Source of the DNA: Thermoanaerobaculia bacterium
Lineage (GTDB): Bacteria > Acidobacteriota > Thermoanaerobaculia > Multivoradales > Multivoraceae
Direction: 5' to 3'
Assembly (NCBI GenBank): GCA_963664405.1
Contig: OY761158.1
Coordinates: 5,056,001-5,120,000 of the forward strand
DNA: 64,000 nt
Position 1 is the first letter of the stretch; each line of letters opens with the position of its first letter. Below are positions 63,521-64,000 of the stretch, one piece after another. The notes beneath the pieces were generated by a model that was not told where the DNA came from, did no database searches, and was given only the letters and a program-made list of their open reading frames with translations. The position numbers and the translations under genes were made by a program.

Positions 63521-64000
63521 TCAGACCGGCTTTCTGGCCAGGAAGGCGTAGCCGAAGACCTCGAACTGCCTGGCCTTGTCTTCGCCACCGGCTCCGCCGA
63601 AGGTGTCCACCGGAGGGCCGATCTCGATGTCGACAAAACCGCGCTCCTCGAGCAATCTCTGCCAGCCTGCACACGGCAGGCCGCCGGCGATTCAGGCGGT
63701 CCAGAGGTCAATGTCGCGGATGGCGGCCTCCGGCACCTCGGCTCCGTTGGCGATGTCGGCGAACTGGAGGGTACCTCCAGGTCGAAGCACTCGCCAGATC
63801 TCGGCGAAGATATGAGTCTTGTCGGCACATAGGTTGAAGACGCCGTTGCTGATGACGACGTCGGCCCATTCGTCGGTGACCGGAAGATCTTCGAGCAGGC
63901 CTTCGAGAAACTCGACGTGCTCGAGCTCCATCTGCTTTGCGGTGGTGCGAGACTTTGCCAGCATCTCCTCGGTCATGTCGATGCCGGCGACCTGCCCGCC
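63521..64000 (-). CDS. ArsM (arsenite methyltransferase)-like SAM methyltransferase with in-frame TGA at 63692-63694 (probable selenocysteine), 5'-truncated by window edge
   Basis: GIDMTEEML...DVVISNGVFNLCADK...RVLRPGG.LQFADI...IDLWTA-(TGA)-IAGGLPCAGWQRLLEERGFVDIEIGPPVDTFGGAGGEDKARQFEVFGYAFLARKPV*. Confidence 0.82.
63661..63691 (-). promoter_or_regulatory. Putative bacterial SECIS hairpin
   Basis: After UGA: AUC-GCCG-GCG-GCCUGC-[CGUGU]-GCAGGC-UGGC. The apical loop starts 16 nt after UGA and has GU at positions 2-3. Confidence 0.65.

Overview
High-GC bacterial accessory region. An Acidobacteriota-like host is inferred from gene content only. The window is dominated by exported proteins in paralogous families: five sulfatases (four sharing an extra C-terminal domain), four membrane-GDH-like PQQ dehydrogenases, four uncharacterised '(E)YACHEGN'-type proteins with a DUF6152-like partner, three endostatin/lectin-like proteins, cytochromes c and a TonB-dependent receptor. 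The main signal read directly from the DNA is a bipartite motif, GTCACACTT-N12-GACAAT(ACCTAA), present eight times. It always lies upstream of and co-oriented with a gene or operon, including immediately before the ECF sigma/FecR-type anti-sigma pair. This points to a self-contained ECF regulon covering much of the window. The cargo blocks are separated by seven toxin-antitoxin modules and by a 4.1-kb island between two 48-bp tRNA-Ala(GGC) 3'-half repeats (integrase remnant, TA pair, primase-helicase fusion). There are several gene stubs and chimeras from local duplication. At the right edge an ArsM-like methyltransferase continues through an in-frame TGA followed by a SECIS-like hairpin (probable selenoprotein). 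All family assignments come from motif recognition by eye; no searches were run.
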